Shown here: positions 27,882-38,507 of the stretch, piece by piece | Layout: every line of letters starts with the position of its first letter | Position numbering within the stretch: the first letter of the stretch is position 1 | Source: an uncultured Candidatus Kuenenia sp. | Lineage (GTDB): Bacteria > Planctomycetota > UBA11346 | Assembly (NCBI GenBank): GCA_964654285.1 | Contig: CAZZJC010000001.1 | Coordinates: 5,030-69,029 of the forward strand | DNA length: 64,000 nt | Direction of reading: 5' to 3' | Notes under the pieces: generated by a model | Told to the model about the DNA's origin: nothing | Database searches by the model: none | Seen by the model: the letters and a program-made list of their open reading frames with translations, nothing else | Program-made: the position numbers and the translations under genes

Positions 27882-28274
27882 ATGTCGAAGACCTACACCT
27901 GGGGCCTTGGCCGCCGCAAGACCAGCGTCGCCCGCGTCCGCCTCAGCCCCGGAACCGGCCAGATCCTGATCAACGACCGCAAGTCCGACGCCTATTTCCC
28001 GGTCGAACGCCTGCAGAAGCTCCTGTCCATCCCGTTCTCGGTCACCGAGAGCACCGGCAAGTACGATGTCGCGGTGAACGCCACCGGCGGCGGCGTGGTC
28101 AGCCAGGTCGGCGCGGTGGTGCTCGGCATCTCGCGCGCCCTGGCCAAGGCCGACCCGAACACCGAGGCCAACCTGCGCAAGCACGGCCTGCTGACCCGCG
28201 ACTCGCGCATGGTCGAACGCAAGAAGTACGGCCTGCACAAGGCCCGCCGCGGCACCCAGTTCAGCAAGCGCTGA
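27882..28274 (+). CDS. rpsI: 30S ribosomal protein S9
   Basis: MSKTYTWGLGRRKTSVARVRL...RKKYGLHKARRGTQFSKR. ATG at 27882. Not preceded by rplM. Confidence 0.9.
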   Translation: MSKTYTWGLGRRKTSVARVRLSPGTGQILINDRKSDAYFPVERLQKLLSIPFSVTESTGKYDVAVNATGGGVVSQVGAVVLGISRALAKADPNTEANLRKHGLLTRDSRMVERKKYGLHKARRGTQFSKR

Positions 28275-28380
28275 ACCGTCCGCCGGCTCCCCGGCGACAG
28301 TCGCCCAGCAAGAAGGCCGGCATCCGCCGGCCTTCTTTGCGTTGGCAGCGCCGGCAAGCGGACCGGTCGGGCCATCCAGT

Positions 28381-31300
28381 TCAGTCGACGTCGCCCAGAT
28401 CATCCCCGCCGGTGGCGTGCATCGGCGCATTCGCCGCCTCTTTGGCGAAGACCTTGATCCGGCCCGGGCCCCAGAGGGCGCGCAGGCGTTCGAGCACCGG
28501 GGCGGTGGGACGCAGGCGGCGATCGTCGCCGACGCGCAGGGTCAGGGCGACATCGCCGGGGACATGCACCTGGATCACGATCGGGGTCTCGCCCTGGTTC
28601 TCGCTGATGAGGGTGGCGAGGGCGTCGAGGCGCTGGCGCAGCGCCGCCGGGTCGGCTGCGCCATCGATGGCGATGAGCACTTCGCGGGTCAGGCGTTCGG
28701 CGGCGGAGCGCGCCGGGATCACGTCGGTGATGATCAGGCTGGCGGTCTCGGGTTCCGGATCGGGGGCGTGCATCGCGCCGCCCTCGCCACCGTCCGCGTC
28801 GTCGCCATCGGGATGCGGTTCGCCGCCGCCATCCTCATCGGCCTGGGCCCTTGGAGCGCCGCCGCCCCGGCGGCGGCGCTCGACCGTGCCGGTGAAGAGC
28901 GCGACCAGACCCTCGACGCATTCGCCGCCGAAGCGTTCGTAGATCGACGGCTCGTCGCGGCGGCCGCCGGCGCCGCGTCCGCCGCCCGGGAAGAGCACCG
29001 CCTCGAAGCGGCCGGTCTCGTCCTCCAGTTCCAGGATGCCCATCTGCTTGCCGGTGCGGGTACGCACGACGCGCTTGCCGACCACCACCGCGGCGATGGT
29101 GGCGCGGTTGCCGGTGGCGATGGTGCGCAGGTCGCCGGCGCGGGCGGTGACGTGGGCGGCCAGGGCCGGCGCGTGCACCGCGACCGGGTGCGAGGACATC
29201 CAATAGCCGGAGAGCTGCTTCTCGTAGCCCAGGCGCTCCTCCACCGGCCAGTCGGGCACGTCGGGGTAACCGTGCGCTTCCTGGGCGAAGGCGGCGTCCT
29301 GTTCGAAGGCGGCGAACAGGGTCTGCTGGTTCTGCGCCCTGGTCCGGCTCGCCTTCTGGCCGCGATCGAAGGCGCGCTCCATCGCCTCGACCAGGGCGCG
29401 GCGGTTGGGGTGCAGCGAATCGAGCGCGCCGACCTTGATCAGCGCCTCGACCACGCGCTTGTTGATCACCCGGGTGTCGACGCGTTCGCAGAGGTCGTAG
29501 AGCGAGGCGAAGCGGCCGCCGGCCTCGCGCTTGGCGATGAGGTGCGCCGCCGCCTGGTCGCCGATGCCCTTCACGCCGCCGAAGCCGAAGCGGATCTTGT
29601 CGGGACCGTCCGCGGATCGCACGATCGTGAATTCCCAGCCGGATTCGTTGAGATCCGGCGGCAGGACGCTGATGCGGTGCGACTTCAGCTCCTCGACGAA
29701 GCGGGTCATCTTGTCCTTGTCGCCCATCTCGTAGATCAGGTTGGCGGTCATGAAGGCGGCGTAGTGGTTCGCCTTCATGTACGCCGTCCAGTAGGCGATC
29801 AGGCCATAGCATGCCGAATGCGATTTGTTGAAGCAGTAGCTCGCGAATCCGAGGATCTTCTTCCACATCTCGCGGCAGCGGTCGCGGTCGAACTGGTGCT
29901 GGGTGAACGCGCCCTCGATGAATTTCTGCTCGAGCTTTTCCAGGACCTTCACGTCCTTCTTGCCCATCGCCTTGCGCAGGTCGTCGGCCTCGGCCGGGGT
30001 GAAGCCGCACAGCTCGCGGCTGATGTTCATCACCTGTTCCTGGTAGATGTAGAGGCCGTAGGTCTCCTTCAGCGAGCGTTCCAGGACCGGATGCGGGTAG
30101 TCGATGCGCTGGCGGCCCTGCTTCCGTTCGCAGTAGTCGATGTGCATGTTCGCCATCAGGGGGCCGGGCCGGTAGAGCGCGACCAGGGCGATCATGTCCT
30201 CGAAGCGGTCGGGCTTGAGGTTCTTGATCAGGTTCTGGAATCCCGGCGATTCGCATTGGAACACGCCCAGCGTCTCGCCGGTGCCCAGGAGCTGGAATGT
30301 GCGCGGATCCGCGAGCGGGATCTGCAGGAGATCGATCGCGGTGCCGGTGGACGCCTGCGCCAGGTCGGTCGCCTTCTTCAGGATCGACATGGTCTTGAGG
30401 CCCAAGAAATCCATCTTGAGCAGGCCGGCCTTCTCGACCTGGGTCATGTTGAACTGGGTCGCCGGCTTGCCCTTCACCGAACAGACCGGGATGTAGCCGC
30501 TGACCGGGCCGGGTGCGATGACGATGCCGCACGCGTGCACGCCCAGGCTGCGGCCGAGCTTCTCCACCTTCATCGCGGCATCGAGCGTGGTGCGGGTGCG
30601 CTCATCGCCCTCATAACGTTTCGCCAGCTGGTCGACGGTGGCCCATTCCTTGCCGTCCTTGTCGATCGCCTTGCGGCCCAGCGCCTGCTGCAGGTCGACC
30701 GGCTTGGCCGGGTTGTTGGGCACCAGGTTCGCCAGTTCCTGCGACTCCTCGGGCGTCCAGGCGTAGGCGCGGGCGACATCCTTGATCGCCATGCGCGCCT
30801 TCATCGTGCCCAGGGTCATGATCTGGGTCACCGCGTCGGCGCCGTACTTCTGCGCCACGTAGTGGATGACCCGGTCACGGCCGTCCTTGCAGAAGTCGAT
30901 GTCGATGTCCGGCATCGATTTGCGGCCCGGATTCAGGAAGCGTTCGAAGAGCAGGCCGTAGCGCAGCGGGCACATGTCGGTGATGCCGAGCGCATACGAC
31001 ACCAGGCTGCCGGCGGCGGAGCCGCGCCCGGGGCCGACCGGGATGCCGTTCTTCTTGGCCCAGCCGATGAAATCGGCGACGATGAGGAAGTAGGCCGGGA
31101 AGCCCATCTCGATGATGGTCTTGAGCTCGAACTCCATGCGCTCGCGGATCTCGGTCGAGATGTTGTCGCCGTAGCGCCGCTGCACGCCGATCAGGGTGTC
31201 GCGCCTGAGCAGCGCGTTCTCGTCCAGCCCGTCCGGGCAGGGGAACTTGGGCAGGTAGTACTGGCCCGACGGGATCTTGCCGCCCTTGCAGAGTTCGACC

Positions 31301-32091
31301 ACGCGCTCGGTGTTGGCGACGGCCTCCGGCAGGTCGGAGAACAGCGCCGCCATTTCCGCGTGGGTCTTGAGGTAGAACTCGTCGGTCGGCAGGCGTTTGC
31401 GCACGATGCGCGGATCGTCGAGGGTGGTCGCGCCCTCGATCGCGAGCAGGACTTCATGCACCCGCGCGTCGGCGCGATCGAGGTAATGCACCCAGTTCGC
31501 CGCCACCGCCGGCACGTTCGCCTCCTGCGCCAGGCGGGCGAGGGCGCCCCGCCGGCCGAGCGGCCCGTCATCGCCGTGGTCGCAGACCTCCAGGAACAGA
31601 CGGTCGGGGAAGATCGTGCGCAGCAGTTCCAGGTTGCGCCGCGCTTCTTCCGGGGAATGGGGGAGATGGCGGTTGATGAAGCCGTTGGCGCCGGCGCCGG
31701 TTAGGCAGACCACGTCGCCGGCGTGGGCGGCGATCATCTCCAGGTCGACCTGCGGTTCGTAGAAGAAGCCTTCCAGCCAGCCGCGCGAGACCAGCCGCGC
31801 GAGGTTGCGGTAGCCGGTCTCGCTCGCCGCGATGAGCACCAGGTTGAGCCAGTCCTTGCCCTTGTCCGCCAGCCCCAGCGGGGCGACGTTGAGCTGGCAG
31901 CCGATCAGGCCGGTGATCTGCGCGTCCTTGCAGGCCGAGGCGAATTCGAACGCGCCGCACAGGTTGCCGCGATCGGTCAGCGCCGCCGCCGTCATCCCGC
32001 GCGCCTTCACCGCGCCGACCAGCTTCGGCACCGCGATGGTGGAATTGAGCAGGGTGAAATGGCTGTGGACGTGCAGGTGGGCGAAGGGCAT
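28381..32091 (-). CDS. dnaE: DNA polymerase III alpha subunit
   Basis: PHP domain start MPFAHLHVHSHFTLL, polymerase core and OB-fold regions throughout. ~1,236 aa. ATG 32091 is preferred over the GTG at 32103. Confidence 0.95.
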   Translation of the reverse strand: MPFAHLHVHSHFTLLNSTIAVPKLVGAVKARGMTAAALTDRGNLCGAFEFASACKDAQITGLIGCQLNVAPLGLADKGKDWLNLVLIAASETGYRNLARLVSRGWLEGFFYEPQVDLEMIAAHAGDVVCLTGAGANGFINRHLPHSPEEARRNLELLRTIFPDRLFLEVCDHGDDGPLGRRGALARLAQEANVPAVAANWVHYLDRADARVHEVLLAIEGATTLDDPRIVRKRLPTDEFYLKTHAEMAALFSDLPEAVANTERVVELCKGGKIPSGQYYLPKFPCPDGLDENALLRRDTLIGVQRRYGDNISTEIRERMEFELKTIIEMGFPAYFLIVADFIGWAKKNGIPVGPGRGSAAGSLVSYALGITDMCPLRYGLLFERFLNPGRKSMPDIDIDFCKDGRDRVIHYVAQKYGADAVTQIMTLGTMKARMAIKDVARAYAWTPEESQELANLVPNNPAKPVDLQQALGRKAIDKDGKEWATVDQLAKRYEGDERTRTTLDAAMKVEKLGRSLGVHACGIVIAPGPVSGYIPVCSVKGKPATQFNMTQVEKAGLLKMDFLGLKTMSILKKATDLAQASTGTAIDLLQIPLADPRTFQLLGTGETLGVFQCESPGFQNLIKNLKPDRFEDMIALVALYRPGPLMANMHIDYCERKQGRQRIDYPHPVLERSLKETYGLYIYQEQVMNISRELCGFTPAEADDLRKAMGKKDVKVLEKLEQKFIEGAFTQHQFDRDRCREMWKKILGFASYCFNKSHSACYGLIAYWTAYMKANHYAAFMTANLIYEMGDKDKMTRFVEELKSHRISVLPPDLNESGWEFTIVRSADGPDKIRFGFGGVKGIGDQAAAHLIAKREAGGRFASLYDLCERVDTRVINKRVVEALIKVGALDSLHPNRRALVEAMERAFDRGQKASRTRAQNQQTLFAAFEQDAAFAQEAHGYPDVPDWPVEERLGYEKQLSGYWMSSHPVAVHAPALAAHVTARAGDLRTIATGNRATIAAVVVGKRVVRTRTGKQMGILELEDETGRFEAVLFPGGGRGAGGRRDEPSIYERFGGECVEGLVALFTGTVERRRRGGGAPRAQADEDGGGEPHPDGDDADGGEGGAMHAPDPEPETASLIITDVIPARSAAERLTREVLIAIDGAADPAALRQRLDALATLISENQGETPIVIQVHVPGDVALTLRVGDDRRLRPTAPVLERLRALWGPGRIKVFAKEAANAPMHATGGDDLGDVD

Positions 32092-32109
32092 GGCCGTGCC
32101 CACCCGCCC

Positions 32110-33603
32110 TTAGAACGCGACCTTCAGGTTGACGCCGGCGAGGTAGACCGGGCTGTTGCCGGCGGATTCGCCGGGAGCGAGCGGATTGTTCGGCGCGATC
32201 AGCTTGAAGCCGGGTCCGGGGAAGAAGACGCCGCCGAGCAGGCTCAGCCGTGCATCGTAGCTGACCCGCCAGCTGATCGTCAGGTCGACCTCCTGGCCGA
32301 GGTAGCGCTGCGCGCTCGCCGCGCTGTCGAGGCGGTAGCCGCCCCAGACCGCGTCCATCCGCACGCTGTTGTCGTTGGCCATGCGCACGCCCAGCTTGAC
32401 CTTGAGCGCCTGCAGGTCGCCATCCATGTAGCGGCTGAGCTCGCCGTACTTCTCGTTCTCGACGATGTAGGTGTCGCAGATGTGCTCGTAGGGATTGATG
32501 AAGCGCGAGTTCTTGCCATCGCCGGAATTGCTGTCGCCGCTGAAGTAGTCGGCAAGCAGGCCCATGGTCACCGGACTGTTCGGGCCGAACTGCCATTCGA
32601 CCCCGCCGGTCGCGCCCCGGCCGGCGAACTGCTCGCCATTGCCCTGGTTGCCGGACTGGTAGCCGATCTCGCCGAAGAACGAGAATCCGCCCGACTTGTA
32701 GTCCGCGCCGCCGTACCAGGTGGTCAGGTTCTTGCCGCGGCTGTTCACGATCTGGCCGTTGGCATCGAATCCCGATTTGATCGGCACGTTGCGCACCACG
32801 TTCCAGGATCCGCTCAGGACCAGCTGCTGGTTCGCATTGGTGTCCATGGGACGCCAATCGACCGCGACGCCGTACAGGCCGCTGGCGTCGGGCGTGCAGT
32901 AGACGAACGGGATGATCTGCCAGGTGTCGAAACCGCTGTACGACGCCTTGAATCCGTCCCAGCTGGTCAGGTCACGGTCGTCGGCGCGCGAGTCGAACAG
33001 CATCGCGCGCTTCTTGTCGTTGGAGTACCGCTCCTCGGTGAGATCCTGGTGGATCCAGAACGATTCCGGCATGCGTCCCGCGACCGCAGTGACGGTGTTG
33101 AAGCCGAGCACGTCCTGGAGGCGGACGAAGGCCTGCTGCAGCACGACCGCGCCACGCGCATCGCCGTTGCGGTCCTGGAATCCGTTCGGCCCCTGGTTGC
33201 CGGACTGGCCGCTGCCGGGTGCCGGGCCGTCCACCGGGCTGTTGGCGGCCACGCCGCCGGCCTCGCCATGGTAGCCGAGGATGAGCTGGACCTTCACCTT
33301 GTCGTCGAGGGTCATCTTCAGGCCGAAATCGCAGCGGATCAGGCCGCGTCCGCGATGGTCGCCCAGGCCCTGGTCGCCGTCGCGGTAGTTGTCCTGGGTG
33401 ATCGCATCCAGGTCGAGATCGCCCTGGACGATGACCTGGCGCTGGCCGCCGAGGGTGCTCGACCGGCCCGGGGCGTATTCGCTGATCGCCGCGCCGCCGA
33501 TCGGATTCGGCCGGTTCACCGGCAACGGCTGATCGGCCGCGGCGGCGATGGCGGCGAGGCTGGCGACCAGGGGGATGGCGGCTGGGACGTGGCGGCGCGA
33601 CAT
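32110..33603 (-). CDS. Outer-membrane beta-barrel (porin-like) protein
   Basis: Signal peptide MSRRHVPAAIPLVASLAAIAAAADQ. Alternating amphipathic beta-strand composition rich in G/Y/S/N/D. C-terminal ...VNLKVAF ending in Phe. Stop lies 18 nt upstream of the dnaE start. Confidence 0.6.
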   Translation of the reverse strand: MSRRHVPAAIPLVASLAAIAAAADQPLPVNRPNPIGGAAISEYAPGRSSTLGGQRQVIVQGDLDLDAITQDNYRDGDQGLGDHRGRGLIRCDFGLKMTLDDKVKVQLILGYHGEAGGVAANSPVDGPAPGSGQSGNQGPNGFQDRNGDARGAVVLQQAFVRLQDVLGFNTVTAVAGRMPESFWIHQDLTEERYSNDKKRAMLFDSRADDRDLTSWDGFKASYSGFDTWQIIPFVYCTPDASGLYGVAVDWRPMDTNANQQLVLSGSWNVVRNVPIKSGFDANGQIVNSRGKNLTTWYGGADYKSGGFSFFGEIGYQSGNQGNGEQFAGRGATGGVEWQFGPNSPVTMGLLADYFSGDSNSGDGKNSRFINPYEHICDTYIVENEKYGELSRYMDGDLQALKVKLGVRMANDNSVRMDAVWGGYRLDSAASAQRYLGQEVDLTISWRVSYDARLSLLGGVFFPGPGFKLIAPNNPLAPGESAGNSPVYLAGVNLKVAF

Positions 33604-33842
33604 GGCGTGGTTCCGGTGGTTTGATGCTGAGGCGCGGACCCTAGCCGGACGCCGATCCTCGGCCAGTGCGAGATCCCCACCGGCCATCCGCTGTCCGCCG
33701 GCATGTCTGCCAGCATCCGTCCGCACCTGCCGCCATCGGTTGCGACCACGCCGTTCATTGGCACCCTGCGCCCTTCGCCGTGCGAAAGCCCCTGCCGCGC
33801 GCTCCGCCGCGCGCTCGGCCCGTCGCGCGCTCAGGAGCCCCC

Positions 33843-34802
33843 ATGCGCATCCTCGTCGTCCTCATCCTCATCGCCGCCGCCGCTGGTGGCGGCTGGTGGT
33901 GGTTCAAGGGCCGCGCCGAACCGGTCGCCCAGGCCCAGGATCCGGGGCCCTTCGTCACCACCACGCCCAGCATCCAGCCCGTCGGCCTGCCGGCCGAGGT
34001 TCAGCGCCTCATCGACGGAGCCGAGGCCGACTGGACCGCCGCCGGCGATGCGCCCCAGCGCACCCCCAAGGCTCCGGCCCTGGCGCGCCAATACGCCAAG
34101 GCCCTGCGCGCCCTCTACGAGGTGAAGGGCAGCCACGACCGCCAGGCGAAGCTCATCGCCGAACGCTGCCAACCGCTCGCTGAGGTGCTTTTCTTCTCCA
34201 AGGCCAAGGTGCCTGCCGACGACGGCGGACTGTTCGCCCTGCACCTGGTCGCGCCCGGTGAAAGCCCTGAAAAGATCGGCATCCACTACGGCATGAGCCG
34301 CGAACTCGTGAACACCATGCGCGGCGCCGATATCAACAACGGCAATCTCCAGGCCGGCGAAAGCCTCAAGGTGGTCAAGCTGAAGGAGGCCGGGCACCAG
34401 ATCCACATCGACAAGGGCCAGAAGTTCCTCGACTGGTACATCGCCGGCATCTTCGCCCGCCGCTACCAGATCTCGATCGGCGCGGTCGAATCCCCGACCC
34501 CGGTCGGCAAGACGAAGATCACCAAGCGCCAGTTCGATCCCGAATGGACCAACCCCAAGACCGGCAAGGTCCTGGCCGCCGGCGACCCTGAGAACATCCT
34601 CGGCGGCGTCTGGCTCGCCTTCGATGAGAAGATGCTCGGCCAGAAGGGCATCGGCATCCACGGCTACACCGGCGCCAACGGCGGTCTCGGCCGCATGGTC
34701 TCGAACGGCTGCATCCGCATGGCGAACGACGAGGTCAAGCAGTTCGCGCATTGGCTGTCGCAGCCTGATCGTGCGACCACCACGGTCGAGATCGTGGAAT
34801 GA
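33843..34802 (+). CDS. L,D-transpeptidase (YkuD) with LysM domain
   Basis: N-terminal TM/signal MRILVVLILIAAAAGGGWWW. LysM (HLVAPGESPEKIGIHYGMS). Catalytic YkuD motif HGYTGANGGLGRMVSNGCIRM. Confidence 0.8.
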   Translation: MRILVVLILIAAAAGGGWWWFKGRAEPVAQAQDPGPFVTTTPSIQPVGLPAEVQRLIDGAEADWTAAGDAPQRTPKAPALARQYAKALRALYEVKGSHDRQAKLIAERCQPLAEVLFFSKAKVPADDGGLFALHLVAPGESPEKIGIHYGMSRELVNTMRGADINNGNLQAGESLKVVKLKEAGHQIHIDKGQKFLDWYIAGIFARRYQISIGAVESPTPVGKTKITKRQFDPEWTNPKTGKVLAAGDPENILGGVWLAFDEKMLGQKGIGIHGYTGANGGLGRMVSNGCIRMANDEVKQFAHWLSQPDRATTTVEIVE

Positions 34803-34907
34803 CCCCACGCCGGGCCGACCGCACGCCGGACCCGGACTGTCGGATTTGACCACTAGATCGCAGCTTCGGCCGTGCATCCTCGGCGACCACATCCGCCGGA
34901 GGACGCC

Positions 34908-35777
34908 ATGCGATCCATGCTCTTCATCATCGTCGTGATCTTGGCTTCGTGCACCTCAGCGGTGCGGAATCCGTCGCTCCTCCCGCCCGGAATCGATGAC
35001 GCCCTGGGTGCCATCCGGCCGCACCAGCCGGAAGCCGAGGTCGAGCGCCTACTCCGGTCCATCTACCCGGCTGCGACGCCGGTGTCGGGCGAAAACCGTG
35101 GAGCGGGTTCAGCGATCAGCTTCCAGCTCACGGAGAAGCTGTCCCTCGATATTCCGGGGTACCCGGATCCCAGCGATCCGACCCGACGTCTGGTCGCGGC
35201 CGACCGCGCCTTCACGGTGGTGGATCTGTCCAGCAATCAGCGGTTCGATCTGGCCGTGTCGTCCCTCGATGCCTCGAGCGAAATTGCCGGGGCCGGCCGG
35301 TCACGATCCGGGAAATGGGACGAGGTCGATACCAGGGTGGTGGCCGAAAGCATGAGTGCTGATGCTCTGGAGGGTCGGTGGCTCAGGGATCACCTGCTCA
35401 GGTACCAGGGGAATCCCAGGCTCGCCATCGGCAAAGTCACCATCCGCAGCAATGGAGAGGAAATCCCCAGTGGCCCGATCCTGCAGAGGATGAGCGCCGC
35501 CTTCGTGCGCTCGGACCGGATCGACGTCGCCGCGGCTGGATTCACCCGCCCGGCAACGGAATCGTCTGCGGTTTCAGGCGGGAAACCTGGAACAGGTGCA
35601 GAGCCCGCATTCCTGCTCCGGGGCAGCATCGAGGTCCACGAAGACATCCAAGGCCGGGGTCAGCGGTCGGCCTATCAGGTCGGTTTCGAAATCATCAACA
35701 TCGCCAGCGGCAATGTGGTCTGGAGCCGGAACCAGACCCTGGTCAAGGTTTCTCCGCAGCCCGCGCTGCGCCGGTAG
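34908..35777 (+). CDS. Lipoprotein of unknown function (LpoB/CsgG-N-like C-terminal fold, tentative)
   Basis: Lipobox MRSMLFIIVVILASC. SD GGAGGA upstream of ATG 34908. The 3' end overlaps the convergent ccsA by 35 nt. Confidence 0.55.
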   Translation: MRSMLFIIVVILASCTSAVRNPSLLPPGIDDALGAIRPHQPEAEVERLLRSIYPAATPVSGENRGAGSAISFQLTEKLSLDIPGYPDPSDPTRRLVAADRAFTVVDLSSNQRFDLAVSSLDASSEIAGAGRSRSGKWDEVDTRVVAESMSADALEGRWLRDHLLRYQGNPRLAIGKVTIRSNGEEIPSGPILQRMSAAFVRSDRIDVAAAGFTRPATESSAVSGGKPGTGAEPAFLLRGSIEVHEDIQGRGQRSAYQVGFEIINIASGNVVWSRNQTLVKVSPQPALRR

Positions 35778-37419
35778 CCCACGCCCATAGCGCCAGGCCT
35801 GCTATCAGTTCGGCGAGGGCGAATGCCCCCAGCTTCGCCGCCGTGCCGGTGTCGAAGCCATAGCTGTGCAGACCGATGCCGAGCAGATTCACCCCGAACC
35901 AGGCGACCGCGACCACGATCGACACCAGGGCGAGGCCGAGGGCGACGCCGCGCGGGCCGCACTGGCCGGCGGCCTTGAGGTGGAGGAGGGTGACCAGCCA
36001 GAGGACGATGAGCAGGGCACCGTTCTCCTTGGGATCCCAGCCCCAGAAGCGGCCCCACGACTGATCGGCCCAGATGCCACCGAGGATGGTTCCGGCGAGG
36101 GTGAGCAGCAGCGCGATGAGCGCGAGGACGTTGAGCAGGCGGTCGGTACGCGCGAGGGCCTCGCCGTCCGCTGGTCGCAGCGCCCGTTGGATCAGGGCGA
36201 AGTGGGCCGCCAGCGAAGCGACCAGGCAGAAGGCGTAGCCGGCGGTGATGGTGATGACGTGGATGGTCAGCCACATGTTGGAGTTGAGCACGGCGACCAG
36301 CATGCCCATGGTATCGCCGTCGGCGGCGTAGCCGTTGGCGGTCAACAGGCCACCGAGTCCGAGCAGGGCGCCGCCGAAAATCGCGATGCTGTCGCGCCGG
36401 ACGAGCTCCACCAGCGCCCCGGTCAAGGCGCTGACCAACGCCACGAACAGGATGGTCTCGTACAGCGTCGCCACGGGTGGCCGGCTCATGATGTAGCAGC
36501 GCGCAGCCACCCCGGCCAGATTGAAGACGACCCCCAGGACCAGCACGGTGAAGGCGGTCTGGCGCAGCGCGGCACGGGGCGACCACAGGGCGAGTCCGGC
36601 CAGCAGGGCGGCCAGCACATAGAGCGCGATGGACCAGTGGAAGAGGGCAAAGCGGTTGTAGGACACCTCGACGGCGAGCCGGTTGGGCGCGGTCAGCGGC
36701 GCCACCAGCGCGCGCACCACGGCGGCCCGGTCGGCCGCTGCGGTGCGGTCTCCGGCGCGCACCGCGTCGATGAGGTTGATCCAGGCCCCGATGATCTGCG
36801 ATTGCACCGCGTCCGGGGCGACCTGGGTTTCGCTGAACGAGGCCAAGGTCCGCCATTGTTCGCGATGGGCGGCATCGCCCGGCACCACCGCCATTCCGTG
36901 CACGAAGTCCAGCGCGTTCAGCGCGGCAGAGGCATTATGCACCAGTTCGACCAGCTGCGCCTCGACCGGATCGGTCGGGCGCTGGCGTTTGGCGAGCAGG
37001 GCTTCGATCAGCGTCGACTGGCGGCGCAGGCCGTCGATCACCTCGGTGAGGGAATAGCGCAGGTCGTTGCGGCGCTCCAGGCGCAAGGCATCGGCAACCT
37101 CGGGGTTGCGCAGCTTCACCGCCGGCCGGGCCTTCGCGGCCGGGAGATCGGTGAGGCCCTCGACCAGCCAGGTGGAGGCGCTGACCCCGCCCGGCAGCGA
37201 GCTGCGGCCGAGGGCGAGCAGGAAATGGCGCGCAGCGGAATCGATCGGCTTGATCCGGCCTTCGTGCAGCACCGGCAGGGATCCGATCAGCGGCGCGAAT
37301 GCGGCGGGATCCGGTTTGGCTGCGGGCGCGGCAGGTTCACCGGCGGCGAGCCCGGCCGGTCGGCCGGCGGCAAGCATGACGAGCAGCGCAACCGCCGCTA
37401 TCCAGGTCTGGCGGATCAT
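35743..37419 (-). CDS. ccsA: Cytochrome c-type biogenesis protein CcsA (System II heme handling) with long N-terminal extension
   Basis: WWD/heme-handling motif WGRFWGWDPKENGAL with flanking TM helices. 558 aa. Confidence 0.8.
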   Translation of the reverse strand: MIRQTWIAAVALLVMLAAGRPAGLAAGEPAAPAAKPDPAAFAPLIGSLPVLHEGRIKPIDSAARHFLLALGRSSLPGGVSASTWLVEGLTDLPAAKARPAVKLRNPEVADALRLERRNDLRYSLTEVIDGLRRQSTLIEALLAKRQRPTDPVEAQLVELVHNASAALNALDFVHGMAVVPGDAAHREQWRTLASFSETQVAPDAVQSQIIGAWINLIDAVRAGDRTAAADRAAVVRALVAPLTAPNRLAVEVSYNRFALFHWSIALYVLAALLAGLALWSPRAALRQTAFTVLVLGVVFNLAGVAARCYIMSRPPVATLYETILFVALVSALTGALVELVRRDSIAIFGGALLGLGGLLTANGYAADGDTMGMLVAVLNSNMWLTIHVITITAGYAFCLVASLAAHFALIQRALRPADGEALARTDRLLNVLALIALLLTLAGTILGGIWADQSWGRFWGWDPKENGALLIVLWLVTLLHLKAAGQCGPRGVALGLALVSIVVAVAWFGVNLLGIGLHSYGFDTGTAAKLGAFALAELIAGLALWAWATGAARAAEKP

Positions 37420-38507
37420 GCCGAATCTCCGGCGGCAGGAGCGGTCCCGTTGGCTGGCCCGGCGGGGGCCCGTCGCAGCATGCGGTCGAGGATGTGCACC
37501 AGGAGACCGGCCCCCATGATCAGCGAGGCCAGATAGATGCTGTATTGGAAGCGATCGTGCACGACGGTGAACACGCTGACGGTCTGCGCGCCCTGTTGGA
37601 ACGAGGACTGGTAGAGGGTCCAGCCCTGGTGGCGCAGCGGCTGGTTCATCGAGATCACCACCCGGCGGGTGGTGCCGTCGACGGTGAACTCGACTTCGGA
37701 CTGGTAGGCCTTCGCCATCCCGGTTCCGGGATGCAGGTCGCGGGTGAACTTGAGCAGGCGGACGTTGAAGGGCAGCGGGGTGACCGCCGGGCGGAGGCCC
37801 AGGCGGTAGGTCTGGCCCTGGTGGTCGATGGTGGGTGAGGATTCGTAGGCGAGCACGTTGACCTCGCGCCCGGAGGCCAGCAGCACCAGGCCGGGCTGGT
37901 TGTCTGATGGCTCGGGATTGGAGGGGAGGGCCTCCAGCCGACGGCCCACCAGGCGGGCGTTGTGGTGATGGGTCACGACGGTGAGCGGCAGAGCCAGGGC
38001 GGGGTGCTTCAGGGTGGCGCCCGGAACGAGCAGACCCTCGCCAAAGCGGGTGAGTCGCTGGTTCTTCCCATCCGACGAGGACACCACCAGCTCATGGTGG
38101 CGGTATGAGACCATCTCGGCCCCGGACTCGCCTTCCGCCAACGCGAGCGAGCCTTCGCGGCGGAACGCCCCACCGATCAGGCCGGCCGCGAGCAGCAGCA
38201 CCACGCCGACATGGAGCAGGGTCAGGCCCGGCCAGGTCAGGCCGCGCCTGGTGCCCAGGTGGGCGATCAGGTTGATCGCCATCAGCGCGAAGGTGGCGCG
38301 TCCGCCAGGCAGCGGCAGCCAATCGAAGGCGAAGAAGAACCAGGCGGAGAACCAGCGTTCCTGCGCCTGGTAGAGTCCCAGGTCGACCTGGGCCAGGGTT
38401 CCCACCACCACCAGCACGAACAGCCATGCATTGGCGAAGGCAGCCGGATGCGGACTGGCAAGGATGGTCAGCCAACGCGGGCTCTCGGAATCAGCGGGCA
38501 GGCTCAC
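37416..38507 (-). CDS. resB: Cytochrome c biogenesis protein ResB/CcsB
   Basis: ResB-like topology (N-terminal TM WLFVLVVVGTLAQV, large periplasmic domain, C-terminal TMs). Likely GTG start at 38505-38507 overlaps the upstream stop as GTGA. Stop overlaps the ccsA start as ATGA. Confidence 0.7.
   Translation of the reverse strand: MSLPADSESPRWLTILASPHPAAFANAWLFVLVVVGTLAQVDLGLYQAQERWFSAWFFFAFDWLPLPGGRATFALMAINLIAHLGTRRGLTWPGLTLLHVGVVLLLAAGLIGGAFRREGSLALAEGESGAEMVSYRHHELVVSSSDGKNQRLTRFGEGLLVPGATLKHPALALPLTVVTHHHNARLVGRRLEALPSNPEPSDNQPGLVLLASGREVNVLAYESSPTIDHQGQTYRLGLRPAVTPLPFNVRLLKFTRDLHPGTGMAKAYQSEVEFTVDGTTRRVVISMNQPLRHQGWTLYQSSFQQGAQTVSVFTVVHDRFQYSIYLASLIMGAGLLVHILDRMLRRAPAGPANGTAPAAGDSA

Noticed and set aside
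28342-31704. 1,120-aa ORF on the plus strand
   Set aside because: Lies entirely antisense to dnaE. Gly/Ala/Arg-rich with no recognisable domains. Typical long antisense ORF of a GC-rich genome.
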